24,000 nucleotides of DNA, taken from positions 42,409-66,408 of the forward strand of contig JBMNQS010000003.1 of NCBI GenBank assembly GCA_050944255.1, given 5' to 3'. Position 1 is the stretch's first letter, and the number at the start of each line of letters is the position of its first letter. This DNA is from Christensenellales bacterium. Lineage in GTDB: Bacteria > Bacillota > Clostridia > Christensenellales > Maliibacteriaceae. Positions 7,240 through 15,453 of the stretch are shown here, piece by piece. The position numbers were made by a program, and so were the translations under genes. The notes under the pieces are model-generated. The model did no database searches. It saw only the letters and a program-made list of their open reading frames with translations, and was not told the origin of the DNA.

Positions 7240-7758
7240 ATGTGGGAATGGATCAGAGACGTAACGGCCCTGGGGGTGCTGGCGGCGTGGATCGACATGA
7301 TCGCCCCGGAGGGAAAGACCCGGAAAATGACGCTGTACTGCGTGGGATTGGCCATTGTGGCGGCTATGATTCTGCCGCTGGCAAACTGGATTTCGGGACT
7401 CTATCAAAACGTGCAGGGAGAGGCCGCCGCCGTGTTCTCGCAAGGCGGGGGGCAGAGCCAAAGCCTGGCTATAGGCGGCGAGCATCAGCTGCAGTTTCAA
7501 AATACGGTGGCCTACCAGGTCAATACGTGGCTGAAGGAGTATACGGGGGAAACCGGCTTTGCGGTCTACGTGACCAGCGAACTGGGCGAAAACGGGCAGC
7601 TGGAGGTGATGGATATCCACATCCTCTGGCCGTCGGCCGAGGATGAACCAATTTCAAAGGCGGCCAAGGAAATTGAGCGAAACAATGCCCGGCGCAGCAT
7701 AAAAACCGCACTGTCGCGAATATATAGAATCGATGAGACAGCAATCCGGTTTTCCTGA
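7240..7758 (+). CDS. spoIIIAF: Stage III sporulation protein AF
   Basis: This 172-aa protein has two N-terminal TM helices (MWEWIRDVTALGVLAAWIDMIAPEG...LYCVGLAIVAAMILPL) and a soluble C-terminal domain. Operon position fits. Confidence 0.8.
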   Translation: MWEWIRDVTALGVLAAWIDMIAPEGKTRKMTLYCVGLAIVAAMILPLANWISGLYQNVQGEAAAVFSQGGGQSQSLAIGGEHQLQFQNTVAYQVNTWLKEYTGETGFAVYVTSELGENGQLEVMDIHILWPSAEDEPISKAAKEIERNNARRSIKTALSRIYRIDETAIRFS

Positions 7759-7782
7759 TCAACGCTTTGAGAGGGGAGAACA

Positions 7783-8370
7783 ATGGGAGTTGATGCACAA
7801 AAGTGGACACAGAAACTGAAGGATTTAACGAAAAAACGCGGCATGGAGATCGTCATTGCCGTGGTGGTGGTAGCCGTTATCCTGATCATCTACCTGACCA
7901 GCTGGTCGTGGGGAGGCGACGACACAAAGCCGCCCGATACGCAGGCGCCCTTAAGCACGGAAGAATCCCAGAGCCGCTCGGAAGATCATGCTGGCGAGCT
8001 CTCGGCGCTGCTCTCCCGCCTCAAGGGAGCGGGCAAGGTGCAGGTGATGATCACCTATGAATCCGGGCCGGAGATCGTGCCGGCGTTCTCCACCACCGAA
8101 CAAAGCAACCAGACCAGCGAAAATTCCAGTACGATCAACCGCACCACCACACAGTCCAACCAGACGAAACAGCCGGTGACCGCCGGGGGCTCCGGTCAGG
8201 TGCAGGCGGTGGTGCTCAAGGAAATCGAGCCGGCCATCAAGGGCGTCATCGTTCTGGCCGAGGGCGCCGGCGATATCCGCGTGAAAATGAACCTGCTGCA
8301 GGCAGTGCAGACAGTGCTGCAGATCGATGCCAACCAGGTGGACGTATTTGAAATGGGTAAAACACAATAA
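7783..8370 (+). CDS. spoIIIAG: Stage III sporulation protein AG (ring-forming component)
   Basis: It has one TM segment (IVIAVVVVAVILIIYL). Its C-terminal domain carries GAGKVQVMITYESG...IKGVIVLAEGAGDIRVKMNLLQAVQTVLQIDANQVDVFEM, matching the conserved SpoIIIAG core. A polar Ser/Thr/Asn/Gln-rich insertion lies in between. Confidence 0.85.
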   Translation: MGVDAQKWTQKLKDLTKKRGMEIVIAVVVVAVILIIYLTSWSWGGDDTKPPDTQAPLSTEESQSRSEDHAGELSALLSRLKGAGKVQVMITYESGPEIVPAFSTTEQSNQTSENSSTINRTTTQSNQTKQPVTAGGSGQVQAVVLKEIEPAIKGVIVLAEGAGDIRVKMNLLQAVQTVLQIDANQVDVFEMGKTQ

Positions 8371-8380
8371 AGGGGGCAGA

Positions 8381-8989
8381 ATGAAAGTGAAAAAGATGAA
8401 CTTCAAATTCAACCAAAAGACGGTGGTGCTGATCGCCATGACGGTGCTTTTAGTGATCACAGGCGCGCTGAGCATATGGTACAACCGTCAGAACGCCGAC
8501 ACGCCCATGACCGCCGATGGGATGCCCACGGCCACGGTGTCGCCGTCGCCATCGCCATCGCCGGGAACAAATGGCACCAATGGCCTGGATAACGGGGACG
8601 AGGACATGGAAAACGGCGATACCGAAGGCGCGGCTACGGTGGCCAAATTCTTCTCGGATTTCAGAAGCGAGAGAAATACGGTGCGGGCCGAGGAGATCGC
8701 GTATCTTGATTCCATTGTCAACAACACCAATTCCGACCAGAGCATCATCAACCAGGCGCAGCAGGAAAAAATTAAAATCGTCACCGCCATGGAAAAGGAA
8801 GTGACCATCGAAGGCCTTCTCAAGGCACAGGGATTCTCCGACGCTATCGCCACGCTGCACGAGGGCTCGGTCAACGTCGTGGTGGGCCTGCCGCAACTGA
8901 GCGACTCCCAGGTGGCGCAGATTCTGGAGATCGTACGGCGTGAGTCCGGCGAGGAACCCGCCAATATCAAGATCATACCGGCGGGCTGA
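8381..8989 (+). CDS. spoIIIAH: Stage III sporulation protein AH
   Basis: ATG 8381 follows AAAGGGGG (8370-8377). The track start at 8327 overlaps spoIIIAG. The protein has an N-terminal TM, an SPSPSPSP/acidic linker, and a C-terminal domain (FFSDFRSERNTVRAEE...TIEGLLKAQGFSDAIATLHEGSVNVVV...) resembling SpoIIIAH. Confidence 0.85.
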   Translation: MKVKKMNFKFNQKTVVLIAMTVLLVITGALSIWYNRQNADTPMTADGMPTATVSPSPSPSPGTNGTNGLDNGDEDMENGDTEGAATVAKFFSDFRSERNTVRAEEIAYLDSIVNNTNSDQSIINQAQQEKIKIVTAMEKEVTIEGLLKAQGFSDAIATLHEGSVNVVVGLPQLSDSQVAQILEIVRRESGEEPANIKIIPAG

Positions 8990-9001
8990 TGCAGAAACAG
9001 T

Positions 9002-9030
9002 TTGATAAGGCCGCCAAATTTTGATATAAT
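9002..9030 (+). promoter_or_regulatory. Near-consensus sigma-A promoter upstream of asp23
   Basis: TTGATA-N17-TATAAT with an extended -10 (TGATATAAT at 9022-9030). It lies 33 nt upstream of the asp23 ATG and is followed by the RBS AAGGAGG. Confidence 0.6.
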
Positions 9031-9062
9031 AACGCCAAATGAATCTTTAAGGAGGCGTCTTA

Positions 9063-9470
9063 ATGGCGGATCATAAAATTACACAAATCAATGACGCGGA
9101 CGGCGACGGGCAGATTTCCTTTGCCGACGACGTTATTGCCGTGATAGCCGGGCTGGCGGCCATAGAAATCGACGGCGTGGTGGCCATGAGCGGCGGCATC
9201 GCCGACGGCATCGCCGAAATGCTGGGCAAAAAAAACCTCACCCGCGGCGTCAAAGTCGAAGTGGGGAACCAGGAAACGGCCATCGATCTGGATATCGTCG
9301 GCGAGTACGGCGTCAATTTGCCCGAAGTCTGCCGCAAAGTGCAGGAGAACGTCCGTAAGGCCGTGGAAAACATGACCGGCCTTTCCGTGGTGGAGGTCAA
9401 TGTGAACGTGCTTGGCGTCAATGCCGAACGCGAAAATAAAGACCAGGAAATGATGATGCGCGTCAGATAA
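9063..9470 (+). CDS. asp23: Asp23/Gls24-family alkaline/envelope stress protein
   Basis: The pattern ISFADDVIAVIAGLAAIEIDGVVAMSG...GVKVEVGNQETAIDLDIVGEYGVNLPEVCRKVQENVRKAVENMTGLSVVEVNVNV is the canonical Asp23 domain pattern. It occupies the same position as yqhY in the B. subtilis locus. Confidence 0.9.
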   Translation: MADHKITQINDADGDGQISFADDVIAVIAGLAAIEIDGVVAMSGGIADGIAEMLGKKNLTRGVKVEVGNQETAIDLDIVGEYGVNLPEVCRKVQENVRKAVENMTGLSVVEVNVNVLGVNAERENKDQEMMMRVR

Positions 9471-9481
9471 AGATTTTTTAG

Positions 9482-9505
9482 CCCTCTGATACCTGATATC
9501 GGAGG
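9482..9505 (+). terminator. Hairpin after asp23 (weak or partial terminator candidate)
   Basis: CCCTCTGAT (9482-9490) pairs with ATCGGAGGG (9497-9505): 9 bp with one G-U pair and loop ACCTG. It is followed by TTATAAAT, a poor U-tract. Confidence 0.3.
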
Positions 9506-9619
9506 GTTATAAATCGCTGTGGGCTTCCCGGCTTTAAGACGGCCGGCGCATCACGGTGCGGCCCGCGAAGGCATCGGCCTTCGCCAAGGATTGATACGAA
9601 AGAAAAAGGAGGCTCCAAT

Positions 9620-10177
9620 ATGCAAGTGAATGTTGCGCGCCGGATCATCGCGGGTACCCTGATTGTATTGTGTGTGGCTGCCTTTGTGTTCTTCGCCGTC
9701 ATGCTGTGGGACAGGCCCCTGGCCCAGGCCGTGGTACGGCTTTTATCCGGCAGCGCCCTGTGGTTTGTGGCGCCGGCTGTTTCGGCGGCCGCCCTTTTGT
9801 GCGCCGCCGGCGCCCTGTACGTGATATTTGCTCCGGGCGTGCGCGCCAGCGGTGATATCATCGTGCGAAAGGACGATAAGGGCACGCTGAGCATCTGCCT
9901 GGGCACGCTGGAGACCATCGGAACCATCGCCGCCAAAGAGGTGCAGGGCCTCAAAGACATCAAAATGAAGCTGACGGCGCATGAAGGCGACGTCTGCATC
10001 AGCGCACGGGTCAGCATGAGCCATGAGGCCGATATCCCCGAAGCCACCGCGCTGATACAGGAGGCCATGGGCAAGGCCATCTATGAGCGTACGGGCATTA
10101 TGGTGAAGCAGATCGATATTTCCGTGGCGGCGGCGGTATCCGTGGGCGAGCGGACAGCCTCGCCGAGAGTCCGATAG
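9620..10177 (+). CDS. amaP: Alkaline shock response membrane anchor protein AmaP-like (N-terminal TMs plus Asp23-like domain)
   Basis: It has two N-terminal TM segments and then an Asp23-like region (LSICLGTLETIGTIAAKEVQGLKDIKMKL...VCISARVSMSHEADIPEATALIQEAMGKAIYERTGIMVKQIDISV). The RBS is AAAGGAGG. It sits next to asp23 and a DUF2273 gene, as in the staphylococcal amaP-DUF2273-asp23 module. Confidence 0.7.
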   Translation: MQVNVARRIIAGTLIVLCVAAFVFFAVMLWDRPLAQAVVRLLSGSALWFVAPAVSAAALLCAAGALYVIFAPGVRASGDIIVRKDDKGTLSICLGTLETIGTIAAKEVQGLKDIKMKLTAHEGDVCISARVSMSHEADIPEATALIQEAMGKAIYERTGIMVKQIDISVAAAVSVGERTASPRVR

Positions 10178-10187
10178 GAGCAGCGCC

Positions 10188-10424
10188 GTGAATGATTTTA
10201 ATTTGAAAGAATTTATACTGAAACATAAGGTCCAGGCCGTCGGCGTGGCGCTGGGCGTCCTGGCAGGCGTCCTGATCCTCCTCATTGGCCTGTTGCGCAC
10301 GCTGTTTCTGGTGCTGTGCGGCATCGTGGGCTATGCCGTCGCCGCCCTGGTGATGAGCGATACCATCCAGGGGCAGCGCATACGCGACTTCTTTAAATTC
10401 AGAGGGAAAAAGGGAGATCATTAA
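10188..10424 (+). CDS. DUF2273-type small integral membrane protein
   Basis: This 78-aa protein has two Gly/Leu-rich TM helices (VGVALGVLAGVLILLIGLLRTLFLVLCGIVGYAVAALV). The GTG start lies 7 nt after TAGGAG. Its genomic context is with asp23 and amaP. Confidence 0.65.
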   Translation: MNDFNLKEFILKHKVQAVGVALGVLAGVLILLIGLLRTLFLVLCGIVGYAVAALVMSDTIQGQRIRDFFKFRGKKGDH

Positions 10425-10892
10425 ATGTCCAGGACGGCGGCAAGGGAAACGGGCATGCGCTTACTGTATCAATGGTCCGTTTCCGGCGGGGACTGGCATG
10501 AGGTGCTGGCCTCTTCGGTACTGAGCGAAGTGCCCCTGACAAAAAAGGACAGGGCGTATCTGGAACGCATTGTCTCGGGCGTGCAGAATGAGACTGAAAA
10601 GCTGGATCAATTGCTGGAGAAAATGAGCAAGTCCTGGCGGGTGGACCGCATGGCCAAGCTGGACCTGGCCATACTGCGCCTGGCGGCCTATGAGCTGCTC
10701 TACTGCGAGGATATTCCCGGCAGCGTGTCTATCAACGAGGCGGTGGAGCTCTCCAAACGCTATTCCAGCGCGGAGGCGGTGCCGTTTATCAACGGGATTT
10801 TATCTTCCATCGCCAGAGAGCTGGACAAGGCGGACGTGAACGAAGAAGATGCCGGCCAAAGCGCGGAGGAAGGCGGGGCGGATACGCGGTGA
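10425..10892 (+). CDS. nusB: Transcription antitermination factor NusB
   Basis: The sequence MSRTAARETGMRLLYQW...DRMAKLDLAILRLAAYELLYCEDIPGSVSINEAVELSKRYSSAEAVPFINGILSSIAREL is the typical NusB signature. Confidence 0.95.
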   Translation: MSRTAARETGMRLLYQWSVSGGDWHEVLASSVLSEVPLTKKDRAYLERIVSGVQNETEKLDQLLEKMSKSWRVDRMAKLDLAILRLAAYELLYCEDIPGSVSINEAVELSKRYSSAEAVPFINGILSSIARELDKADVNEEDAGQSAEEGGADTR

Positions 10893-11854
10893 CGAAGGTC
10901 TATCTGGGGCTGGACACCAGCTGCTACACCACCAGCCTTGCGGCGGTGGATGGGCAGGGAAGCCTGATCTGCCAGGTGAGAAAACTGTTGCCTGTGCCCG
11001 CGGGCGAAAACGGCCTGCGGCAGAGCCAAGCATTATTTGAGCACATCAAGCAACTGCCGGCACTCTACCGGCAGTTGCTTGCGGGTTTGCCGAAGGATCA
11101 TAAAACCCAGGCGGTGTGCGTCTCCACCAGGCCCAGACCGGCTCATGGCAGCTATATGCCGGTGTTCCTGGCCGGGGAGAGCTTTGCCGACGTGATCGCC
11201 GCCGGCTGCGGGGCAAAACTCCTTGCCACGACGCACCAGCACGGGCACGTCTACGCGGCGCTCTATGGCGCGGGCGGCCCCGAGGGCGAGGCGTTTCTCG
11301 CCGTTCATCTCTCCGGCGGCACCAGTGAGCTTTTGAGGGTGCGGCGCCTGGAGGATGATCTGGACATTGAGCTCCTTGGCGGCACGCTGGATGCCAGCGC
11401 CGGGCAACTGGTGGACAGAGTCGGCGTGAAGATGGGCCTTCCCTTCCCGGCGGGGGCGCATCTGGAGGAGATGGCCTTTATCCACGGGGTGGACGAGCCC
11501 GCCATTCCCGCCAGCGCAAAGGGCCTTTCGGTGAGCTTCTCCGGCGCCCAGTCGGCGGCGCTTAGGGCCCTTGAAGCCGGGGAGGACAAGCCCAAGGTGG
11601 CGGCCATGGTGTTTTCGGCGCTTTCGCGGACGCTGGGGAAGTGGATTGCGGCGGCGGTGGAGGAGACCGGCATAAAGGCGGTGCTCCTGATGGGCGGCGT
11701 GGCGTCCAGCACATGGGTGCGCCGGGCGCTGACCGAGCGGCTTGCCAAACAGAAGGCGGACGCGGCGCTTCATTTCGCGCCGGCGCAGTACTGCAGCGAC
11801 AACGCCGTGGGCGTGGCGCTTTCGGGATTTTATCAGATGCGGAGGAATGCATAA
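10889..11854 (+). CDS. Divergent TsaD/Kae1/Qri7-family (peptidase M22, ASKHA-fold) protein, probably a paralog of the canonical tsaD
   Basis: It aligns along its whole length with TsaD. GLDTSCYTT corresponds to GIETSCDET, THQHGH to HHMEGH (His-x3-His kept), SGGTSELL to SGGHTQL, DASAGQLVDR to DDAAGEAFDK, MGGVASS to AGGVSAN, and CSDNAVGVA to CTDNGAMIA. The GTG start overlaps the nusB TGA (GTGA). Confidence 0.7.
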   Translation: MTKVYLGLDTSCYTTSLAAVDGQGSLICQVRKLLPVPAGENGLRQSQALFEHIKQLPALYRQLLAGLPKDHKTQAVCVSTRPRPAHGSYMPVFLAGESFADVIAAGCGAKLLATTHQHGHVYAALYGAGGPEGEAFLAVHLSGGTSELLRVRRLEDDLDIELLGGTLDASAGQLVDRVGVKMGLPFPAGAHLEEMAFIHGVDEPAIPASAKGLSVSFSGAQSAALRALEAGEDKPKVAAMVFSALSRTLGKWIAAAVEETGIKAVLLMGGVASSTWVRRALTERLAKQKADAALHFAPAQYCSDNAVGVALSGFYQMRRNA

Positions 11855-12700
11855 ATGGCGGTTGTTCTGGACGGAAAGAAACTGGCGCTGGAGATTCGCG
11901 AGAAGATCCGCGTGGAAACGCAGGAATTAAAGGAGCATCGCGGCGTGACGCCGGGGCTGGCGGTGGTGCTGGTGGGCGACGACCCGGCCAGCGCGGTTTA
12001 CGTGCGCAACAAGGACACGGCCTGCAGGAAGGCGGGCTTTCATTCGGTGGTCTGCCGTATGGACGCCCGCACGACGAAGGAGGAGCTGATCGAGAAGATC
12101 GGGCAGCTGAACCGCGACGAGTCCATCCACGGCATCTTGGCGCAATTGCCGTTGCCGGGGCATCTGGACGAACTGGAGATCATCGGCGCAGTCGATCCCC
12201 AAAAGGATGTGGACGGGCTGCACACATGCAGCGCCGGAGCGCTTCTGACGGGTCAAAAGGGATTTATCCCCTGCACCCCCAGGGGCATTATGCGCCTGAT
12301 CGACGAAAGCGGCATCGAGCTTTCCGGGAAAAACGCCGTGGTGGTGGGAAGGAGCAATATCGTGGGCAAGCCCGCGGCGCTGCTGCTGCTTGCGCAGCAC
12401 GCCACGGTGACCGTCTGCCATTCCCGGACGGAGCACCTGGCCGATGTCACCCGAAACGCCGATATCCTGGTGGCGGCGGTGGGCATCCCCGGTTTCATCA
12501 CCGGGGACATGGTCAAGCCCGGCGCCGTGGTGATCGATGTGGGCATCAACCGAAGCGAGGAAGGCAAACTGGTGGGCGACGTGGATTACCAAGGGGCGGA
12601 AAAGGTGGCCGGGTTCATCACGCCGGTGCCCGGCGGCGTGGGGCCCATGACCATCGCCATGCTGCTGCAAAATACGCTGGAGAGCGCGAGGGGACAATGA
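11855..12700 (+). CDS. folD: Bifunctional methylenetetrahydrofolate dehydrogenase/methenyltetrahydrofolate cyclohydrolase FolD
   Basis: Matching segments are MAVVLDGKKLALEIREKI...PGLAVVLVGDDPASAVYVRNKDTACRKAGF...GILAQLPLP...VVVGRSNIVGKPAALLLL...TPVPGGVGPMTIAMLLQNTL. Confidence 0.95.
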   Translation: MAVVLDGKKLALEIREKIRVETQELKEHRGVTPGLAVVLVGDDPASAVYVRNKDTACRKAGFHSVVCRMDARTTKEELIEKIGQLNRDESIHGILAQLPLPGHLDELEIIGAVDPQKDVDGLHTCSAGALLTGQKGFIPCTPRGIMRLIDESGIELSGKNAVVVGRSNIVGKPAALLLLAQHATVTVCHSRTEHLADVTRNADILVAAVGIPGFITGDMVKPGAVVIDVGINRSEEGKLVGDVDYQGAEKVAGFITPVPGGVGPMTIAMLLQNTLESARGQ

Positions 12701-13911
12701 ACGAGTTCGTTCTTTCGGTGGAGCAACTCAATACGTACGTGAAGAACGTGCTGCAGGCGGAAGAGCTGCTGCAAAACGTGCAGGTGATGGGCGAAATCTC
12801 CGGCTACAGGCGCTATCCGTCGGGGCACGCGTACTTCACGCTGAAGGACGAGCATTCCAGCGTAAGCTGCGTCATGTTCAGCCAGTACGCCGGGAGGCTG
12901 AACTTCGCGCCGGAAAACGGACAGTTCGTCCGGGCCGCGGGCGGCGTCGGCGTGTACGTCAAGGACGGCCGCTATCAGCTCTACGTCCGCAGCATGCAGC
13001 CTGCGGGCATCGGGCAGCTCTACCTGGCCTTTGAAGCGCTGAAGAAAAAGCTGGACGCAGAGGGGCTTTTCGCGCAGGAAAGAAAGCGGCCGGTGCCCTT
13101 TTTCCCCAAGCGCGTGGGCGTGGTGACCAGCCTCCAGGGCGCCGTTTTAAGGGATATCGTGCGGGTATCCCAGAGAAGGTGCCCCGGCGTTCGCATCGTG
13201 GTGATGCCGGTGCCGGTGCAGGGCGCGGCCGCCGCGTCGCAAATTGCCCGGGGCATCCGGGCCATGAACCAATACGGCCGCGCCGACGTCATAATCATAG
13301 GGCGCGGCGGCGGATCGCTGGAGGACCTTTGGGCGTTCAATACCGAAGTGGTGGCCCGGGCCATCGCCGACTGCCGCGTGCCGGTGATCTCCGCCGTGGG
13401 CCACGAGACGGATACCACCATCAGCGACCTGGCGGCGGACCTGCGGGCCTCCACGCCGTCGGCTGCGGCGGAGATGGCGGTGCCGGTGAAGCAGGAGCTG
13501 AAGGACTGCGTCCGCCAGCAGGCGCAGCGGCTGGACAGGGCCGTGAAGCGGAAGCTGGAAGTGTCGCGCAGCCGCGCGGAGCTTCTGACCCGCTCCCAGG
13601 CCATGATGCGGCCGGTGACGCTGGTGGAGCGGCGTAGCCGCGACGCGCAGCAGGCGGCCGTGCGCCTGATGGAAGCCATGGCCCAGCAGATGGCTGAGAA
13701 GGGCCGCGCCGGCCAGATGCTTTTGGAGAAACTGAACGCGCTGAATCCCGACGCGGTGATGAGCCGCGGGTTCGCGCGGGTTGAAAACGCGGCTGGGAAG
13801 ACGGTGACCACGGTAAAGGGGCTTCGCGCCGGACAGAAGGTGCAACTGATATTCGGCGACGGGCGCCGCGGCGCCCAGATACTGAAAAAAGAGGGATCGT
13901 ATGACCGATAA
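12697..13911 (+). CDS. xseA: Exodeoxyribonuclease VII large subunit
   Basis: It starts MNEFVLSVEQLNTYVKNVLQAEELLQNVQVMGEISGYRRYPSGHAYFTLKDE (OB fold) and later has IIGRGGGSLEDLWAFNTEVVARAI...ISAVGHETDTTISDLAADLRASTPSAAAE. ATG 12697 overlaps the folD TGA (ATGA). The 352 upstream codons of track ORF 11641..13911 are Gly/Arg-rich alternate-frame readthrough of the TsaD-like gene and folD. Confidence 0.95.
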   Translation: MNEFVLSVEQLNTYVKNVLQAEELLQNVQVMGEISGYRRYPSGHAYFTLKDEHSSVSCVMFSQYAGRLNFAPENGQFVRAAGGVGVYVKDGRYQLYVRSMQPAGIGQLYLAFEALKKKLDAEGLFAQERKRPVPFFPKRVGVVTSLQGAVLRDIVRVSQRRCPGVRIVVMPVPVQGAAAASQIARGIRAMNQYGRADVIIIGRGGGSLEDLWAFNTEVVARAIADCRVPVISAVGHETDTTISDLAADLRASTPSAAAEMAVPVKQELKDCVRQQAQRLDRAVKRKLEVSRSRAELLTRSQAMMRPVTLVERRSRDAQQAAVRLMEAMAQQMAEKGRAGQMLLEKLNALNPDAVMSRGFARVENAAGKTVTTVKGLRAGQKVQLIFGDGRRGAQILKKEGSYDR

Positions 13912-14152
13912 GAAAACACAGGAAGAGAAACTTTCGTTTGAAGAGGCGCTGGAGAGGATGCAGCAGGTGGTGCAGGCCCTGGAGACGGGGGATGTGCCCC
14001 TCTCCGAGGCCATCGGCCTTTACGAGAAGGGGATGGCCTACGCAAGGATGCTGGAGAGCCTCCTGTCCGACGCCCAGAGCCGGATTTCCAAGCTGGAAGA
14101 GTCCCGGGGACAGTGGAGCGAGACGCCTCTTGACATTGAGGAAAATGTATGA
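13901..14152 (+). CDS. xseB: Exodeoxyribonuclease VII small subunit
   Basis: This 83-aa protein contains LSFEEALERMQQVVQALETGDVPLSEAIGLYEKGMAYARMLESLL. It overlaps the xseA end by 11 nt. Confidence 0.95.
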   Translation: MTDKKTQEEKLSFEEALERMQQVVQALETGDVPLSEAIGLYEKGMAYARMLESLLSDAQSRISKLEESRGQWSETPLDIEENV

Positions 14153-15042
14153 TCGAATACAAGGCGCAGTACAATGCTTATAGGGCCCTGGTGGAGACGT
14201 CCATAAACGAGATGTTCATGATGCGCGGCGATATCCCCCGGCGGCTGCAGGCGGCCATGCGCTACAGCGTGGACGCCGGCGGAAAGAGATTGCGCCCGGT
14301 GCTGCTTCTGGCCTGCTGCGACCTGGTGGGCGGGGATGCCCGTGCGGCCATGGCGTACGCCTGCGCCGTGGAGATGATCCACACCTATTCGCTGATACAC
14401 GACGACCTGCCGGCCATGGACGATTCGCCCATGCGCCGCGGCGCGCCCAGCAACCATATGGTTCATGGGGAGGCCTTCGCGCTTTTGGCGGGCGACGGGC
14501 TTTTGACCTTCGCCTTTGAAGTGATGCTTCAGGATGCGCAGCGCTTTCAAAGGCCCGAGGCGGTCTCCGCCATGCGGGCCATCGCCCATGGCGCGGGGGT
14601 GGGCGGCATGGTGGCCGGACAGTGCCTGGACCTGTCCGCCGAGCAGGAGCAGATACATACCGAAGAGGAGCTTCTGGCCATCCACAAGGGAAAGACGGTG
14701 GCGCTGCTTGTGGCGGCCTGCACCGCCGGCGCGCTCTTGGGCGGCGCGGCCAAAGCGCAGGTTGCGGCTATCCGCGCCTACGCCAGGAACATCGGCCTGG
14801 CCTTCCAGATCACCGACGATATCCTGGACTATATCGGAGACCCCCAGCTGCTTGGAAAGCCCACCGGCGGGGACCTGGCCCATAAAAAGCTGACGTTTGT
14901 CAGCCTCTACGGCACGAAAACCGCCGCGGAGAAGGCCCATGGGCTCATCGAGCGGGCGCAGGAGGCCCTCTCGGTGTTTCCGGGTGAAAGGGCCTCCTTC
15001 CTGCATCAGCTGGCGCAGGAAATCCTGATGAGAGCTTACTGA
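14149..15042 (+). CDS. ispA: Polyprenyl (farnesyl/geranylgeranyl) diphosphate synthase
   Basis: The first Asp-rich motif is LIHDDLPAMDDSPMRRG and the second is FQITDDILD. ATG 14149 overlaps the xseB TGA (ATGA). Confidence 0.9.
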   Translation: MIEYKAQYNAYRALVETSINEMFMMRGDIPRRLQAAMRYSVDAGGKRLRPVLLLACCDLVGGDARAAMAYACAVEMIHTYSLIHDDLPAMDDSPMRRGAPSNHMVHGEAFALLAGDGLLTFAFEVMLQDAQRFQRPEAVSAMRAIAHGAGVGGMVAGQCLDLSAEQEQIHTEEELLAIHKGKTVALLVAACTAGALLGGAAKAQVAAIRAYARNIGLAFQITDDILDYIGDPQLLGKPTGGDLAHKKLTFVSLYGTKTAAEKAHGLIERAQEALSVFPGERASFLHQLAQEILMRAY

Positions 15043-15059
15043 AATTCGGAGGAATGTGA

Positions 15060-15443
15060 ATGAATATACTGTGGCCTGCCGTGCTGGCCTGGGTGCTGGC
15101 ACAGACGGCCAAGACCGTGATCCATTGGATGGAGCATGGTAAATTTGACCTTGCACGGCTGATATTCGGCTCCGGTGGAATGCCGTCGAGCCATACGGCG
15201 TTTGTGGCGGCCATTGCCGTGGGCGCAGGACAGCGGGCCGGCTACGATACGGTCCAGTTCGGCGTCAGGCGCGCCGCGGGCAGGCAGGCCCGGGTGCTCA
15301 ATGAAATACTGGAGCATCTGAGCAAGGGCGACGCCACATGGCCCCAGCAGATGGAGCGGCTGCGCGAACTTTTGGGCCATACGCCGTTTCAAGTGGTGAT
15401 AGGGCTTATTTTAGGCGCGGTGACCGCGCTGATATTCAATTGA
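15060..15443 (+). CDS. Divergent PAP2 / DUF212 (YuiD-like) membrane protein, apparently with an internal deletion
   Basis: Family-typical segments are LAWVLAQTAKTVIHWMEHGKFDLARLIFGSGGMPSSHTAFVAAIAVG and GVRRAAGRQARVLNEIL...LRELLGHTPFQVVIGLILGAVTAL. The RBS is GGAGG at 15048-15052. Confidence 0.75.
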   Translation: MNILWPAVLAWVLAQTAKTVIHWMEHGKFDLARLIFGSGGMPSSHTAFVAAIAVGAGQRAGYDTVQFGVRRAAGRQARVLNEILEHLSKGDATWPQQMERLRELLGHTPFQVVIGLILGAVTALIFN

Positions 15444-15453
15444 CGGAGAAGCT

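Noticed and set aside
6395-7264. 289-aa plus-strand ORF overlapping spoIIIAE in another frame
   Set aside because: Its composition is Gly/Arg/Ala/Asp-rich and it has no RBS. The spoIIIAE frame gives a coherent polytopic membrane protein, so this is a high-GC artefact.
7697-7728. Possible internal sigma-E promoter inside spoIIIAF ahead of spoIIIAG, by analogy with the B. subtilis spoIIIA P2 promoter
   Set aside because: GCATAAA is a perfect -35 match to ZHATAXX. However, no acceptable CATACAHT -10 lies at 14-17 nt; the best is 4/8 within AATATATAG. That is too weak to call.
8540-8562. Hexanucleotide-like repeat TCGCC(G/A) x4 encoding SPSPSPSP in SpoIIIAH
   Set aside because: It is a short low-complexity linker between the TM anchor and the soluble domain, which is common in SpoIIIAH-like proteins. 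There is no evidence for phase variation.
11641-12696. N-terminal 352 codons of the 756-aa track ORF 11641..13911
   Set aside because: This part is Gly/Arg-rich alternate-frame readthrough overlapping the TsaD-like gene and folD. Recognisable XseA sequence begins only at ATG 12697, which overlaps the folD stop.
15043-15453. OLE RNA and oapA, which in some Firmicutes lie between ispA and dxs
   Set aside because: The ispA-dxs interval here is fully occupied by the 127-codon DUF212 gene, with only 17-nt and 10-nt spacers. There is no room for a ~600-nt RNA.
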